Assembly: GCA_964230645.1 (NCBI GenBank)
Contig: CAXRHT010000002.1
Location: 832,001 to 896,000, forward strand
Reading direction: 5' to 3'
DNA: 64,000 nt
Origin: Bdellovibrionales bacterium
Lineage (GTDB): Bacteria; Bdellovibrionota; Bdellovibrionia; Bdellovibrionales; JAGQZY01
The translations under genes were made by a program, and so were the position numbers. How positions within the stretch are numbered: position 1 is the stretch's first letter; every line of letters begins with the position of its first letter. The notes beneath the pieces were generated by a model that searched no databases, was not told where the DNA came from, and saw only the letters and a program-made list of their open reading frames with translations. Shown here piece by piece: positions 37,343-47,882 of the stretch.

Positions 37343-38797
37343 CTAGCGGTGAACAACACCCACTTCTCCTCCCCCCAAAGCTTTGAAGAGAAAAATATTA
37401 TTGCGAATATAGCTTTGCTTGATTTGAATATACTTTGTTTGGGCTTCATAAAGGGAACGGCGAGAATCAAGGCTCACAAGATAACTATCAACTCCTGAGC
37501 GATAACGAAGATCACTAAGCTCAGAGGTTTTTTGAGCGGCTTTAACCACTCTTTGCTGAGCATTGATCTGTTTTTTATAATTTTTCTTTGAAATAAGGCC
37601 GCTGGCCACTTCGCGGAAAGCCTCTTGGATGGAGTATTCGTAATTAAGTATGCTTTTTTTCTTTCTAATTTTACTCACCTCAAGCCTCGACATATTTTGT
37701 CCCCAGGTAAAAATTGGTAAATTCACTCGCGGGATAAAACTCCAAGACTGAGAGCGTTCTTCAAAAAGATTATCGAGTTGTGTTGATGACCAACCTGCCC
37801 GGGTGGTCAATTGGATGGAGGGGAAAAAGGCCGCACGTGCTGCTCCAATGCGAGCATTTTCAGCCAACAACTGATGTTCCGCCTGCCTGATATCGGGCCT
37901 AGCTAGTAGGACCATGGAGGAAAGGTTTTCGGGCAAATTGCGGGTTAATTTTGTGGAATCCTCCAAACTTTGTGGCTTCGGAAGTTCTGTGAGCGGCTCT
38001 CCCACTAGAACGGAGAGGTTTTGTTTGTTAATGGCCGCCAGTCGTTTTCTTTCCAAGACATCAGTTTTAAGGTTTTCGAGCAGGGTTTCCGCTTGGCGCA
38101 GTTCAATTTCTGAAACGACTTTCTGCTTCCAACGCTTTTCAATAATGCCAACAACCTGGGACTGCAAACTCACCGTCTCCTCAGCCAATCTTTGCAACTC
38201 TAGATTGGTCATATAATTGAGATACTCGCTACTCACATCAGCAATTAAGGCGATTCGCTGGCTCGCTTGAACATCGTGACTGGCCAAATATTCGTGAAGA
38301 ACAGCCCTCTTAAGACTTCGAATCTTTCCAAAAAAGTCGATCTCATAGGAAGTTAACCCAACTGATAAATTGTACTGATTTTGGATAAATCCCGTGGGTT
38401 GTCCCCCTCCAGCCGAGCCGAAAAGTCCACCTTGTCCAAGAGCATTGCCAGGGATTTTTTGCCTTCTCATTTCCCCTTGCAGATCGAGGTTTGGAAACAA
38501 TTCGCTTTTTTGAATGTCATACTGCTCTTCCAGCTCCAAGGTATCAAGGACGCGGCTTAGATATTGTCGGTTATTCCTCAAACTTTTTGATATCAGTTTT
38601 TTCAAGAGTCGATCTTTATAAAAGTTCTTCCAATTAAAACCTTTCAGTTGTTTGCGAAGAGTCTTATTTTGCCCTTTGTTCTCAGAGATAAAACTTTTCT
38701 CCACCGGCATTTCTGGCTCAGGCCTTTCCGGAGCCAATGTACAACTGGTAAATAAAACAAAAAGAAAAGATAAGAAAAGACGGTTATTCACTGCCAT
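37343..38797 (-). CDS. RND efflux outer membrane lipoprotein (OprM/NodT family)
   Basis: Lipobox TSCTLAP, SYEIDFFGKIR, LLARPDIRQAE, AAFFPSI, LFKALGGG. Confidence 0.93.
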   Translation of the reverse strand: MAVNNRLFLSFLFVLFTSCTLAPERPEPEMPVEKSFISENKGQNKTLRKQLKGFNWKNFYKDRLLKKLISKSLRNNRQYLSRVLDTLELEEQYDIQKSELFPNLDLQGEMRRQKIPGNALGQGGLFGSAGGGQPTGFIQNQYNLSVGLTSYEIDFFGKIRSLKRAVLHEYLASHDVQASQRIALIADVSSEYLNYMTNLELQRLAEETVSLQSQVVGIIEKRWKQKVVSEIELRQAETLLENLKTDVLERKRLAAINKQNLSVLVGEPLTELPKPQSLEDSTKLTRNLPENLSSMVLLARPDIRQAEHQLLAENARIGAARAAFFPSIQLTTRAGWSSTQLDNLFEERSQSWSFIPRVNLPIFTWGQNMSRLEVSKIRKKKSILNYEYSIQEAFREVASGLISKKNYKKQINAQQRVVKAAQKTSELSDLRYRSGVDSYLVSLDSRRSLYEAQTKYIQIKQSYIRNNIFLFKALGGGEVGVVHR

Positions 38798-41700
38798 CCT
38801 CCACCGTCTCAATATTTCTATTTATAAAAAGAAAGAATAGGGGCGCAAAAAATATAACCAGTAAGGTCGTTGATAGTATTCCGCCCACGAGACTGAATCC
38901 AATGGATTGCTGAGCCCCAGAGCCTGGTCCAGAAGCAAAAACAAGAGGTAAAACTCCAAGTAAAAATGTAAAGGAGGTCATAAGGATGGGGCGAAACCTC
39001 TGTTGACTGGCTTGCATGATGGCGTCCATCATGCACTTGCCTTCTTTGATGGCGGTGATAGCAAACTCTACAATCAGAATGGCATTTTTTGCAGCCAGCC
39101 CCATTGCTAAAAGAATTCCGACTTTAAAATAGACATCATTGGTTTGACCAGATACCAGTGAAAGCAGTGCTGCGCCCACAATCCCCATGGGAATCGTTAA
39201 AATAATCGCAAAAGGAATAGCCCAGCTCTCATAAAGAGCGGCTAGACTTAGAAAAATAGCTAGTACGGTAATCATATAGAGATAATAAACTTGATCGCCT
39301 GACTGCTGCTCTTCATAAGACAGACCCACCCACTCAACAGAAAGGCTCTCTTTAAAATTATCCGCCACTTTCATTATTCGCTCCATAGCATCTCCAGTAG
39401 AGAAGCCAGGGCTCGCCTGACCTTGGATAGGAAGAGCGGCGCTTCCATTAAACCTTTCCACTTGGGGAGGACCGTAGTCCCAATAGCCTTTTGAAAAATC
39501 AGAGAAAGAAACCATGGCACCCGACTGAGAGCGAACGTACCAGTCTCCAAGATCACCGGGCTTCATTCTAAAAGGAGCATCCCCTTGCACGAAAACTCTT
39601 TTCACTCGGTCTTTTTCAATAAAGTCATTCACGTACTGGGTTCCCCAAGCCGCGCTCAGAGTCTCATTCACACTGGCCACACTCACCCCCAGTGCTTTGG
39701 CCTTTTCGTAATCAATATTGATTTTGTATTGAGGGGAATTACCGAGTGAATTAAAACGGCTATAGGATATCTCAGGAGATTGGTTGAGTTGTGCTAGAAA
39801 CTCATCTTTGACCTCCACTAAATTTTCCCGACCTTGCCCGGTACGGTCCACCAATTGAAACTCAAAACCTGTAGCACGACCAAGGTCTCTTATAGGAGGA
39901 GGAACGATCACAGTGATCTTAGCGTCACGAATAGCAGAGAGCTCTTTTCTCGCCATATCAGCTATTTCAAAAATGGAAATAAAGGGACCCTCCCTCTCAT
40001 CATAGGGAACGGTATGAACAAAGCCAATGGCAGCGTTTTGCCCCGAACCACTGAAGCTAAAACCTCTGACCGTAAAGATATCTTTGATCGAACCTGACAA
40101 TCGATCCGCCAGGAAAAAGTCCTCAACTTTTGAAATTGGTTTTTTCATTTCTTCAAAGGTTGCCGTAGGTGGACCTTCTAAAAGGACATAAATATTTCCT
40201 TGATCCTCGTTGGGAAGAAAAGCGCTGGGAAGATTGAAAAAGCAAAGGCCGATTAAAATGATAACGGCAAGAAAGCTTAAAAAAGCGAGTTTGGTATGAT
40301 TGAGAAAATATTTTAACCATTTTTCATAGGTGTTTTTGCTTTTATCATAGGCTGAGTTAAACCAACCAAACCACTTAGACTCACCCATGGACTCTTTTTT
40401 CTTAAAAAGTGTGGCGCAAAGAGAAGGGGTAAAGGTTAAGGCCACAAAAAGAGACAAAGTCATCGCCGAAATCAGTGTCACAGCAAATTGTTTGTAAATC
40501 ACTCCCGTCGATCCTGCAAAAAGCAGCATGGGAACGAAAACGGCCCATAGCACAACGGTTGTACCCACGAGGGCACCCGTAAGTTCTTTCATCGAGTTGT
40601 AAGCGGCTTGTTTGGAATCAAGCTCGGAGTCTTCCTCAAGGGACCTTTTAATGTTCTCTGTCACAACGATGGCATCATCCACAAGAAGACCAATAGCTAA
40701 AACAAGTGCAAAAAGAGTTAATATGTTAATGGAATATTGAAAAAACCAGAGGCTTGCAAACGTCCCAAGGATCACCACGGGTATGGCAATACCTGGTACA
40801 AGTGTTGACCTTATGTTTTGTAAAAACACATACATTACGGCAATCACTAAAAACATCGCCAAAACTAAGGTGATGACCACCTCCCAAATTGAGGCTCTGA
40901 TAAAGGGGGTCACGTCCACGGGATAAGCAATTTTTAAATCTTTTGGAAATGTGGGTTCAAGCTCTTTAAGCCTTTCCTTGATCAGGTCCACTGTCTCAAG
41001 GGCGTTGGCATCAGAGGCTAGACTCACTCCAAAACCAGAGGCAGGTTTTCTTTTATACCGTCTAATCGATGAGTAATTTTCAGCACCAATCTCCACTCGT
41101 GCAATATCCCCCACCCGCACCGATTCTCCATTGGGCAAAGTTCGCAGAAGGATGTTTTCAAACTGCTCTCTAGTGGAAAAAAGACTTTGCGAGGTCACAG
41201 TGGCATTGATTTTCTGCCCTTCAACGGCTGGAGCCGCTCCGATTTGGCCCGAGGCCACCTGATTGTTTTGAGCTCTTACGGCATTGATAACATCTGTTGC
41301 TGTGAGCTTATAGTTAAAAAGCTCCCTTGGATTGAGCCAGATTCTTAAGGCGTGTTGGGGGGCAAAGGCGTTGATTCTTCCTACACCCTTGATACGACCG
41401 ATGGGTTCCACCAAGTTGGAAGCCACAAAATCTCCGATCTCGGTGTCATCCATTTTACTCCCTGGAGAGTAGGCCGCCACAACCACGGCGTAAAAGCCCG
41501 AGGACTTCTCAACGGGGATTCCAAGTTGTCTCACCTGTGCAGGAAGGTTGGAAAGAGCTTGCGAGAGTTTGTTTTGAGTTTGAACTTGCGCGATATCTGG
41601 GTTGGCATCGATATCAAAAGTAAGTCTAATTTCTGCACGCCCTGAGGAGGAGCTTGATGACTGGATGTAGCGTAAATTATCAATGGCTATGAGATTTTGT

Positions 41701-41900
41701 TCAATACGCTGAGTGATTGTTTTATCGATCGTCTCTGCTGAGGCTCCAGGATAATTAGCGTTGATTGATACTTGGGGTGGTGCCACTGAAGGGTACGGCT
41801 GAATGGGAAGATTGGGAACCGCTAGCAGGCCTAACCCCATTATCGTAATGGCAAGAACCCACGTGAAAATCGGATGGTCGATAAAAAACTTTGAGAACAT
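38784..41900 (-). CDS. acrB: RND efflux permease (AcrB/MexB family)
   Basis: FFIDHPIF, LAIGLLVDDAIVV, GLAAKNAILIVEF, RFRPILMTS. Confidence 0.95.
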   Translation of the reverse strand: MFSKFFIDHPIFTWVLAITIMGLGLLAVPNLPIQPYPSVAPPQVSINANYPGASAETIDKTITQRIEQNLIAIDNLRYIQSSSSSSGRAEIRLTFDIDANPDIAQVQTQNKLSQALSNLPAQVRQLGIPVEKSSGFYAVVVAAYSPGSKMDDTEIGDFVASNLVEPIGRIKGVGRINAFAPQHALRIWLNPRELFNYKLTATDVINAVRAQNNQVASGQIGAAPAVEGQKINATVTSQSLFSTREQFENILLRTLPNGESVRVGDIARVEIGAENYSSIRRYKRKPASGFGVSLASDANALETVDLIKERLKELEPTFPKDLKIAYPVDVTPFIRASIWEVVITLVLAMFLVIAVMYVFLQNIRSTLVPGIAIPVVILGTFASLWFFQYSINILTLFALVLAIGLLVDDAIVVTENIKRSLEEDSELDSKQAAYNSMKELTGALVGTTVVLWAVFVPMLLFAGSTGVIYKQFAVTLISAMTLSLFVALTFTPSLCATLFKKKESMGESKWFGWFNSAYDKSKNTYEKWLKYFLNHTKLAFLSFLAVIILIGLCFFNLPSAFLPNEDQGNIYVLLEGPPTATFEEMKKPISKVEDFFLADRLSGSIKDIFTVRGFSFSGSGQNAAIGFVHTVPYDEREGPFISIFEIADMARKELSAIRDAKITVIVPPPIRDLGRATGFEFQLVDRTGQGRENLVEVKDEFLAQLNQSPEISYSRFNSLGNSPQYKINIDYEKAKALGVSVASVNETLSAAWGTQYVNDFIEKDRVKRVFVQGDAPFRMKPGDLGDWYVRSQSGAMVSFSDFSKGYWDYGPPQVERFNGSAALPIQGQASPGFSTGDAMERIMKVADNFKESLSVEWVGLSYEEQQSGDQVYYLYMITVLAIFLSLAALYESWAIPFAIILTIPMGIVGAALLSLVSGQTNDVYFKVGILLAMGLAAKNAILIVEFAITAIKEGKCMMDAIMQASQQRFRPILMTSFTFLLGVLPLVFASGPGSGAQQSIGFSLVGGILSTTLLVIFFAPLFFLFINRNIETVEDGSE

Positions 41901-41903
41901 AAA

Positions 41904-43151
41904 CTAGACAACCACCCTGTGGTTTGAAAAAGAGGCGCGCGACTCTTTTGGGTCTTTTTTAGGCTGAAGCTTCTTTTTGATTTCCCCTTGTTTTTTAGGA
42001 GTCGTTTTGCTCTCTGTGACCGGTTCTACCAGGGCCCCATCTTTGAGATTGAATAAATTGTCTAAAGCCACCCGCTCCCCCTGGGAGAGACCACTTTCGA
42101 TCACCCAAAAATCATTGCGTAAGCCACCGGTCTGAACCCTTTTTTCAGAAACCCGGTTTTTCTTATCGATCACCCAAACCCAAGCCTGTCCGTTGGCTTT
42201 TCGGGTGATAGCTCTTTGAGGAACAAGTAATTTTTTTGTCTTCCCAAGCTCCTCAATATAGGCATTAACAAACATACCCGGAAGTAAAACCAGTTCCGGG
42301 TTAGGAACCACAGCTCTTAAATCAATACTGCCACTTTCTTCATTCACTGCGAGTTCGGCCACCTCTAACTTTCCCTTTCGGTCATAAAAGCGATCACTGC
42401 CCTCAATCTTAATGGAAACTGTCAATCCATCTGTTTTCTTTGATTTAAGATCAAAAGCACCATCGGACTGCTCCCTCCAAGAAAGGACTTCTTTTAAGGG
42501 CTGAGAGATATCAACATAAACAGGATCTAAAGACCGAATGGTGGCTAACTTTTGGCTTTGTTGTGAGGAAACGAGTGCACCCTTGGTGACCTCCGATTTT
42601 CCAATGTATCCGGAGATGGGAGCTAAAACTTTGGTGTACTTGAGATTAATTTCCGCTTGTTGCACCTCGGCCTGAGCAATTTGCATGCTGGCTTGAATCT
42701 CGCCAAACTTAGCCATCGTATCATCAAGTTCCTGCTGACTAATGGCGTTTTGTTTCACCAGGGTTTTATATCGACGAACTAAAGATTGAGTGGCTTTATA
42801 GCTGGCGCGAGCACGAGCCAACCGACCTTTTGCTGCCTTTAAAGCGGCATCATACCGAGCTGGGTCGATTTGATAGAGCTGCTCGCCTTCTTCCACGTAG
42901 ACTCCCTCTTTAAAGAGTCGATCTTGGATAATGCCATCGACTTGAGGACGAATCTCAGCAATTTTATGGGGGCGAACACGCCCCACAAGGGCTTCTGAAA
43001 CAGAGATGCCTTTTCTATCCACTACTGCCCAGCTGACTTTTACAGCTTCTTGATTGGCCGCTTCGGGAGATTGACCTGACTCTGAGGAACAGTGACAAAG
43101 CAGGAGAAAAAGTAAAGTCGAACAACTTATGGCAAATTTAGATGGCTTCAT
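41904..43151 (-). CDS. acrA: RND efflux periplasmic adaptor (AcrA family)
   Basis: AEIRPQVDGII, LYQIDP, APISGYIG, LLPGMFV. Confidence 0.93.
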   Translation of the reverse strand: MKPSKFAISCSTLLFLLLCHCSSESGQSPEAANQEAVKVSWAVVDRKGISVSEALVGRVRPHKIAEIRPQVDGIIQDRLFKEGVYVEEGEQLYQIDPARYDAALKAAKGRLARARASYKATQSLVRRYKTLVKQNAISQQELDDTMAKFGEIQASMQIAQAEVQQAEINLKYTKVLAPISGYIGKSEVTKGALVSSQQSQKLATIRSLDPVYVDISQPLKEVLSWREQSDGAFDLKSKKTDGLTVSIKIEGSDRFYDRKGKLEVAELAVNEESGSIDLRAVVPNPELVLLPGMFVNAYIEELGKTKKLLVPQRAITRKANGQAWVWVIDKKNRVSEKRVQTGGLRNDFWVIESGLSQGERVALDNLFNLKDGALVEPVTESKTTPKKQGEIKKKLQPKKDPKESRASFSNHRVVV

Positions 43152-43302
43152 GATTAACCTTATTAGGGGCAAAACTTTAAGTTAACAAGGAGAGTCTTAA
43201 AACTCCTACCCCATATATGTATAGAACGTGCAGAAATGTTCAAGAATTCTTAATCAAATCCGGCTTACACCCACCCAATGGGTCTCGCAGGATATCATGA
43301 CC

Positions 43303-44304
43303 TTATAGCTTTTTTGCCTCGGCGATCAAATCCACCGACTTTAGACGGTCTTCAGGGTCAAATGTGTCCGAGGTAATGATCAACTCATCCGCTCCAGTGC
43401 GTGCAATAATTTCATCCAGCTTTTTTCTGAGAGTTTTCGGAGATCCGGTAACCAGGAGATCCAGCATGGACTGAACAAAGGCCTTTTCCCGCGCATCCCA
43501 AATCTGATCCATATCTTCCACAGGAGGTGAGGATAGAGTTCGATTCCCTCTGATGATTCCTAAAAATGCCTGCTGCAGGCTTGTTGCTAAATAGTCGGCT
43601 CTCTCATCACTCTCCGCACCAATCACTGGCAGACCAAGCATAACGTAAGGCTCTTTGAGAATTTCAGAGGGTTCAAACTCGTTACGGTAAATCTCAAAGG
43701 CCTCCTCGTGATGTCTCGGGGCAAAGTGACCTGCAAAGGCATAAGGCAGGCCCATGCGCGCACTTAAATGAGCACTGTAGTGACTCGATCCTAGGATATA
43801 GAAAGGCACCTTCAAGCCAGCCCCCGGAATGGCTTTGATTTTCTGGTTCTCCTTTGCGGGAGCAAAAAAGAATTCCAGCTCTGAAATTAATTCGCCAAAA
43901 TCTTTTTCGTGTTTATAGTTAGCCCCTCTTAAAGCTCTAGCTGTTAATTGATCCCCACCTGGTGCACGGCCCAAGCCGAGATCAATTCGTCCGGGGTAGA
44001 GAGACTCAAGAGTTCCAAATTGTTCGGCTATAACCATTGGAGAATGATTGGGAAGCATAATGCCTCCAGAGCCCACACGGATGTGAGTGGTGTTCTCAGC
44101 AATATACCCAATAAGTACAGAGGTCGCAGCACTCGCAATACTTGCGATGTTATGATGCTCAGCCAACCAAAAACGTTTAAAGCCCAAAGCCTCAACTTTC
44201 TGCGCAAGCGCTTTGGAATGGGCATAGGTTTCTTTTATGGAGCCCGATTGGGAAATTTTTGCAAGATCGAGAATAGATAAAGCGGTATTGCTAAGATTCT
44301 TCAT
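43303..44304 (-). CDS. Luciferase-like (LLM class) flavin-dependent monooxygenase
   Basis: LSILDL, RFWLAEHH, GSGGIMLPNHSP, IAEQFGTL, RIDLGLGRAPG. Confidence 0.93.
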   Translation of the reverse strand: MKNLSNTALSILDLAKISQSGSIKETYAHSKALAQKVEALGFKRFWLAEHHNIASIASAATSVLIGYIAENTTHIRVGSGGIMLPNHSPMVIAEQFGTLESLYPGRIDLGLGRAPGGDQLTARALRGANYKHEKDFGELISELEFFFAPAKENQKIKAIPGAGLKVPFYILGSSHYSAHLSARMGLPYAFAGHFAPRHHEEAFEIYRNEFEPSEILKEPYVMLGLPVIGAESDERADYLATSLQQAFLGIIRGNRTLSSPPVEDMDQIWDAREKAFVQSMLDLLVTGSPKTLRKKLDEIIARTGADELIITSDTFDPEDRLKSVDLIAEAKKL

Positions 44305-44371
44305 GAAGGAGAGTTTAGTTTTCTCTCAGTCTTTTGTAAATCCACACAGCAAGATCCTCTCTCAACTCCCG

Positions 44372-45139
44372 TTAAACGGAGAAAGACGGGAGTGTTCCAA
44401 AAATAAAGGGCGAAAGAGAGTTTTTTTGCACTTTGGCTGGCGACCAAGAAAAAGGATTCTCGTAATAGGTAAAGTTCAAATCTTGTGCTTTTATCGCTTT
44501 CAAAACGTTTTCTATTGTCCGCGGCCCATCCATAACCGTTTTCCAGGAGCTCATTTGTTTAGGATGATGAAGGTCGGAGTTGGCGAGCATGGGAAGTCCA
44601 CTCTCGTAGACTTCTTGAAAAAGGTGGCCTCCACTAGCAACCTCCCAAGCGTCAAACTTTTTGGAAAGTCGGTCTCGGTTGTACCAAAGATGATAGGTTT
44701 GAGGCTCTACTTTACGAGTGGAAACGGGATGAGCCGCAATGGCTATGGCCTTTTGAGCGTGAATTTGATCGATGATGGTTTCCACGTCCTGATCGGGATC
44801 GATAAACTGCCGGATTCCAAGTGCTACTATGTGAGCCGAATCTTTGTGAGAAAATGAGTTCTTAGTAAACTCCACCCCAGGAATGACCAGCATATTGTAT
44901 TGCCTCATCGCACGGGAAGCTTCTCTGGCTATTTCTTGGAGATAGCATTCAAATTCATTTTTAAGTAAGGTTTTCTGCAAATAAAGGGCGGACTGTCCCA
45001 GGAAGGTTTTTACTTCGCAAAGATGGTCTGTGATCGCGATAGCACCAAAACCTCTTTCCCCGTACATATCCACAAGCTCTCTAATACTCAACTTACCATC
45101 ACTGTTTTGAGAATGAATATGAAAGTCACAAAGAAACAT
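44372..45139 (-). CDS. PHP domain metal-dependent phosphoesterase
   Basis: DFHIHSQNSDG, AITDH, AAHP, NSDLH. Confidence 0.88.
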   Translation of the reverse strand: MFLCDFHIHSQNSDGKLSIRELVDMYGERGFGAIAITDHLCEVKTFLGQSALYLQKTLLKNEFECYLQEIAREASRAMRQYNMLVIPGVEFTKNSFSHKDSAHIVALGIRQFIDPDQDVETIIDQIHAQKAIAIAAHPVSTRKVEPQTYHLWYNRDRLSKKFDAWEVASGGHLFQEVYESGLPMLANSDLHHPKQMSSWKTVMDGPRTIENVLKAIKAQDLNFTYYENPFSWSPAKVQKNSLSPFIFGTLPSFSV

Positions 45140-45150
45140 AGTCCTCCTTT

Positions 45151-46146
45151 TTATGTGGCCGGCAATAAGTTTTCAAAAAACTGACGCGTGCACCGCTCCC
45201 ATGAAAAATTCAAAGCATACTTTCTGCACTTCTTACGAGATTTACTTAAGGCGATTTGAGTGGACTTTTTCAAATTGTGATCCAAGCATCCCACTTCAGA
45301 GGATTGAATCACATCGACAGGACCCTCCACAGGATAAGCCGCTACTGGTGTCCCACAAGCTAGAGCTTCTAGCATCACCAATCCAAAGGTGTCCGTTCGG
45401 CTTGGAAAAACAAAGGCATCGGCCATTGAGTAGTAGTGCACTAAATCTTGACCGAACTTCGCACCGGTGAAAAGGACCTCAGGATATTTTGCTTTTAGAA
45501 AACCCAGTTGAGGTCCGTCGCCTACCACTATTTTCACGGCGTCTATATCCATACTTAAAAAAGCCTCTAAATTTTTTTCTACTGCCACACGCCCCACATA
45601 AAGAAGTTTAGGCTTACTGCCAACAATACTTCTTGATTGCGGAGTAAAAATCGTGGTGTCCACTCCCCTTGACCAACTCTTAAGATTTTTAAATCCTTCT
45701 TTTGAAAGTTTGGCTTCCATGGAAAAAGTAGTCACCATCACATGGCGAGCTAGAGAGTGAAAACGCCTCAACACCCGGTAAGTCCACCCCTTAGGAATAC
45801 GAGTTCTAGCATGAATGTATTCTGGGAACTGGGTATGAAAAGAGGTAGTGAAATTAAGATTGTGACTTTTGCAAAACTGTCTTGCACTCCACCCCAAGGG
45901 GCCCTCAGTTGCGATATGAATCACTTCCGGCTCAAACTTTTCAAAAGTATTTTTCACCAACCTTGAAGGAGAAAGAGCTAGCGAAATCTCATTGTATGTC
46001 GGACAAGGAACCGATTTACACCCAAGGGGTGTAACCATTCCCACCTCGTGTCCCATGAGTCTCAAATGTTTTGATGTGGATTCCAGAGTTCGAACAACAC
46101 CGTTAACTTGTGGCTTCCATGCATCCGTTACGATAAGGATTTTCAT
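45151..46146 (-). CDS. Glycosyltransferase family 4
   Basis: TDAWKPQVNGVV, HIATEGPLG, VGRVAVEKN, FPSRTDTFGLVMLEALACG. Confidence 0.93.
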   Translation of the reverse strand: MKILIVTDAWKPQVNGVVRTLESTSKHLRLMGHEVGMVTPLGCKSVPCPTYNEISLALSPSRLVKNTFEKFEPEVIHIATEGPLGWSARQFCKSHNLNFTTSFHTQFPEYIHARTRIPKGWTYRVLRRFHSLARHVMVTTFSMEAKLSKEGFKNLKSWSRGVDTTIFTPQSRSIVGSKPKLLYVGRVAVEKNLEAFLSMDIDAVKIVVGDGPQLGFLKAKYPEVLFTGAKFGQDLVHYYSMADAFVFPSRTDTFGLVMLEALACGTPVAAYPVEGPVDVIQSSEVGCLDHNLKKSTQIALSKSRKKCRKYALNFSWERCTRQFFENLLPAT

Positions 46147-46280
46147 AGGCCTCACTCCTTTTTTATATTTAAAGGCTAGCACAGTGATATTGGGATTCGG
46201 TTGGGGAGAACTTTTGCTATCGTTATAGCTTGGTCAGGATTCGATGGAGAAAAGACCCAACGCTAGACCAAAATCCTGAG

Positions 46281-46451
46281 AAAGTACCAGGTTCTTTTTT
46301 CGGATGCAGTATGTTGAGCTTTATCATTGAGAAAAAAATCCAGATATTTATCTCACTTTATTTTCTCTTGAAATAGGAACTCGATAGGCTGTCTTATTGC
46401 TCGAATAAGATGTTTTGACTACTAGCATCCGAAAAAAGAACCTGGTACTTT
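46281..46451. repeat. Inverted pair of REP-like palindromic repeats (R1/R2)
   Basis: Perfect 27-bp IR AAAGTACCAGGTTCTTTTTTCGGATGC at 46281-46307 and 46425-46451, with a 117-bp spacer. Confidence 0.85.
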
Positions 46452-46458
46452 TCATAGT

Positions 46459-46926
46459 ATGAAGTTCAATCAAGAAAAACTTCTCCATAGAAATGCGATG
46501 GCCGTCTTCGGGTGGGGCTTTATGAGCCTTTGGATGTCGATTCTGCTAATATTCACCTCTGTCTATTTCAAAGGAGGAGACAAATATTTAGAGCTTAAAT
46601 ATCCCTTAATCGCATTTTGGATCGTAGGCCCCTTGGCCACATTATGGTTCTTGAAAAAACCGATTATTTCCATTTACCTCAATAGAGCAAGGTCACAAGT
46701 CAATATAGTTGAAAGGTTTCTACTCAAAGCCCGAACGCATACTTTTAGCTTCGATGAGATCAAAGAACTTGAAATCATCGAAGGCAAGGACTCAGAGGGG
46801 GCTCCCTATTACAGCTGCCAAATAGAGATAAAAAAATCTACAGAACCTCAAACAATCACTCTGATTGAAGGCCACAGTCAAGAAGCCGTACTCGACTCCC
46901 TTAATAAAATTAAAAAACAATTGTGA
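46459..46926 (+). CDS. Hypothetical membrane protein bounded by repeats
   Basis: Two TM segments plus a soluble C-terminal domain (DSEGAPYY). Confidence 0.7.
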   Translation: MKFNQEKLLHRNAMAVFGWGFMSLWMSILLIFTSVYFKGGDKYLELKYPLIAFWIVGPLATLWFLKKPIISIYLNRARSQVNIVERFLLKARTHTFSFDEIKELEIIEGKDSEGAPYYSCQIEIKKSTEPQTITLIEGHSQEAVLDSLNKIKKQL

Positions 46927-46941
46927 AAGTACCAGGTTCTT
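46926..46941 (+). repeat. Partial REP-like repeat (R3)
   Basis: AAAGTACCAGGTTCTT, identical to the first 16 nt of R1. Confidence 0.75.
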
Positions 46942-46945
46942 ATAT

Positions 46946-47488
46946 TTAGAAGGGTTCGGATTGCTCGATGATCTCTTTAAAGACTTTTTCAGCAGAACGT
47001 TTTACGGAACCTAACTCATGGAAATACCTACAGGCTCCAATACCATAGAGAACAGCACCATGGGACCAATTTGTTTCAAGAAGTACATCCCCTTGATTGT
47101 TTTTAGTTCCTGAATGAAAGCGCACACTGCTATTTTCTGAGGTTATTAATTTCGAAGGAACAATGATATCCTCTGACAACTGAAAGCCAATTCGAACAGC
47201 CTCTCTTCGCCCATACCACTGCATTCTTTCTTCAAGCTCTGCGATCATTTCAGACTGTTCATCGACCAGTTCCTTATATGACTCTTTCATTGGTGAGTCC
47301 TCAGGAAGACTTCCGTAGATTTCAATCAGATTTTGATGGACTGCCTTATCAATCTCAAGCCCCTCTTTTAATAAATTGATACTAGCACAGTCGGTATCGG
47401 TGAAGGTGGCGGCTATATTGAGATCGTGTACGTAACCCCATGCAAAATTCTGATAAGCCATGAATGAGAGTAAAAGAAAGTATTTCAT
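46946..47488 (-). CDS. Hypothetical secreted protein
   Basis: AAGGAG RBS, signal-like N-terminus. Confidence 0.7.
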   Translation of the reverse strand: MKYFLLLSFMAYQNFAWGYVHDLNIAATFTDTDCASINLLKEGLEIDKAVHQNLIEIYGSLPEDSPMKESYKELVDEQSEMIAELEERMQWYGRREAVRIGFQLSEDIIVPSKLITSENSSVRFHSGTKNNQGDVLLETNWSHGAVLYGIGACRYFHELGSVKRSAEKVFKEIIEQSEPF

Positions 47489-47520
47489 AATGGTTCTCCT
47501 TGTTTCCTCACCAGCAAGAG

Positions 47521-47536
47521 TGCAATAAGGTAGCCA
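47521..47536 (-). promoter_or_regulatory. Sigma-54 (-24/-12) promoter
   Basis: Minus strand TGGCTA-CCTTA-TTGCA, GG-N10-GC, ~33 nt upstream of the start at 47488. Confidence 0.5.
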
Positions 47537-47811
47537 TCTAAAAAAGCATGATAACCTTACTATTTCTAGCTGAGGCCAAAGTCTCCGAAAAAAATCCAGT
47601 TTCCGAGACTAAATGTCTACAAACCTGGACTAGGGTGCCCAATTAAAGTGCAAATAATTCTTTTACCTTACCCCTAAAAGTAGCGGCTTTCTTTCCCGCA
47701 TCGGATTTGTAGAGTGCTACCATTGAGTATCTAAGTTTAAAAACTTCATTTGAATTAATTTTCTGTTGAATCATGAGATCAGGGGCTCTCTTAGGCATCA
47801 GACAACCCATT

Positions 47812-47849
47812 TTTTGACTAGAAGCATCCGAAAAAGGAACCTGGTACTT
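47812..47849 (-). repeat. REP-like repeat (R4)
   Basis: 35/38 identical to 46413-46450. Confidence 0.8.
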
Positions 47850-47882
47850 ATTTTTTTAAGTTTTCTAGGCTAACCTAGATCA

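Noticed and set aside
44237..44857. 206-aa plus-strand ORF and other antisense ORFs in the track
   Set aside because: They are shadow frames of well-supported opposite-strand genes (PHP, LLM, smc, ppdK, acrB)
46281..47849. Integron attC sites or IS terminal repeats
   Set aside because: No RYYYAAC/GTTRRRY boxes, no integrase or transposase between or near the repeats, and no target duplication seen
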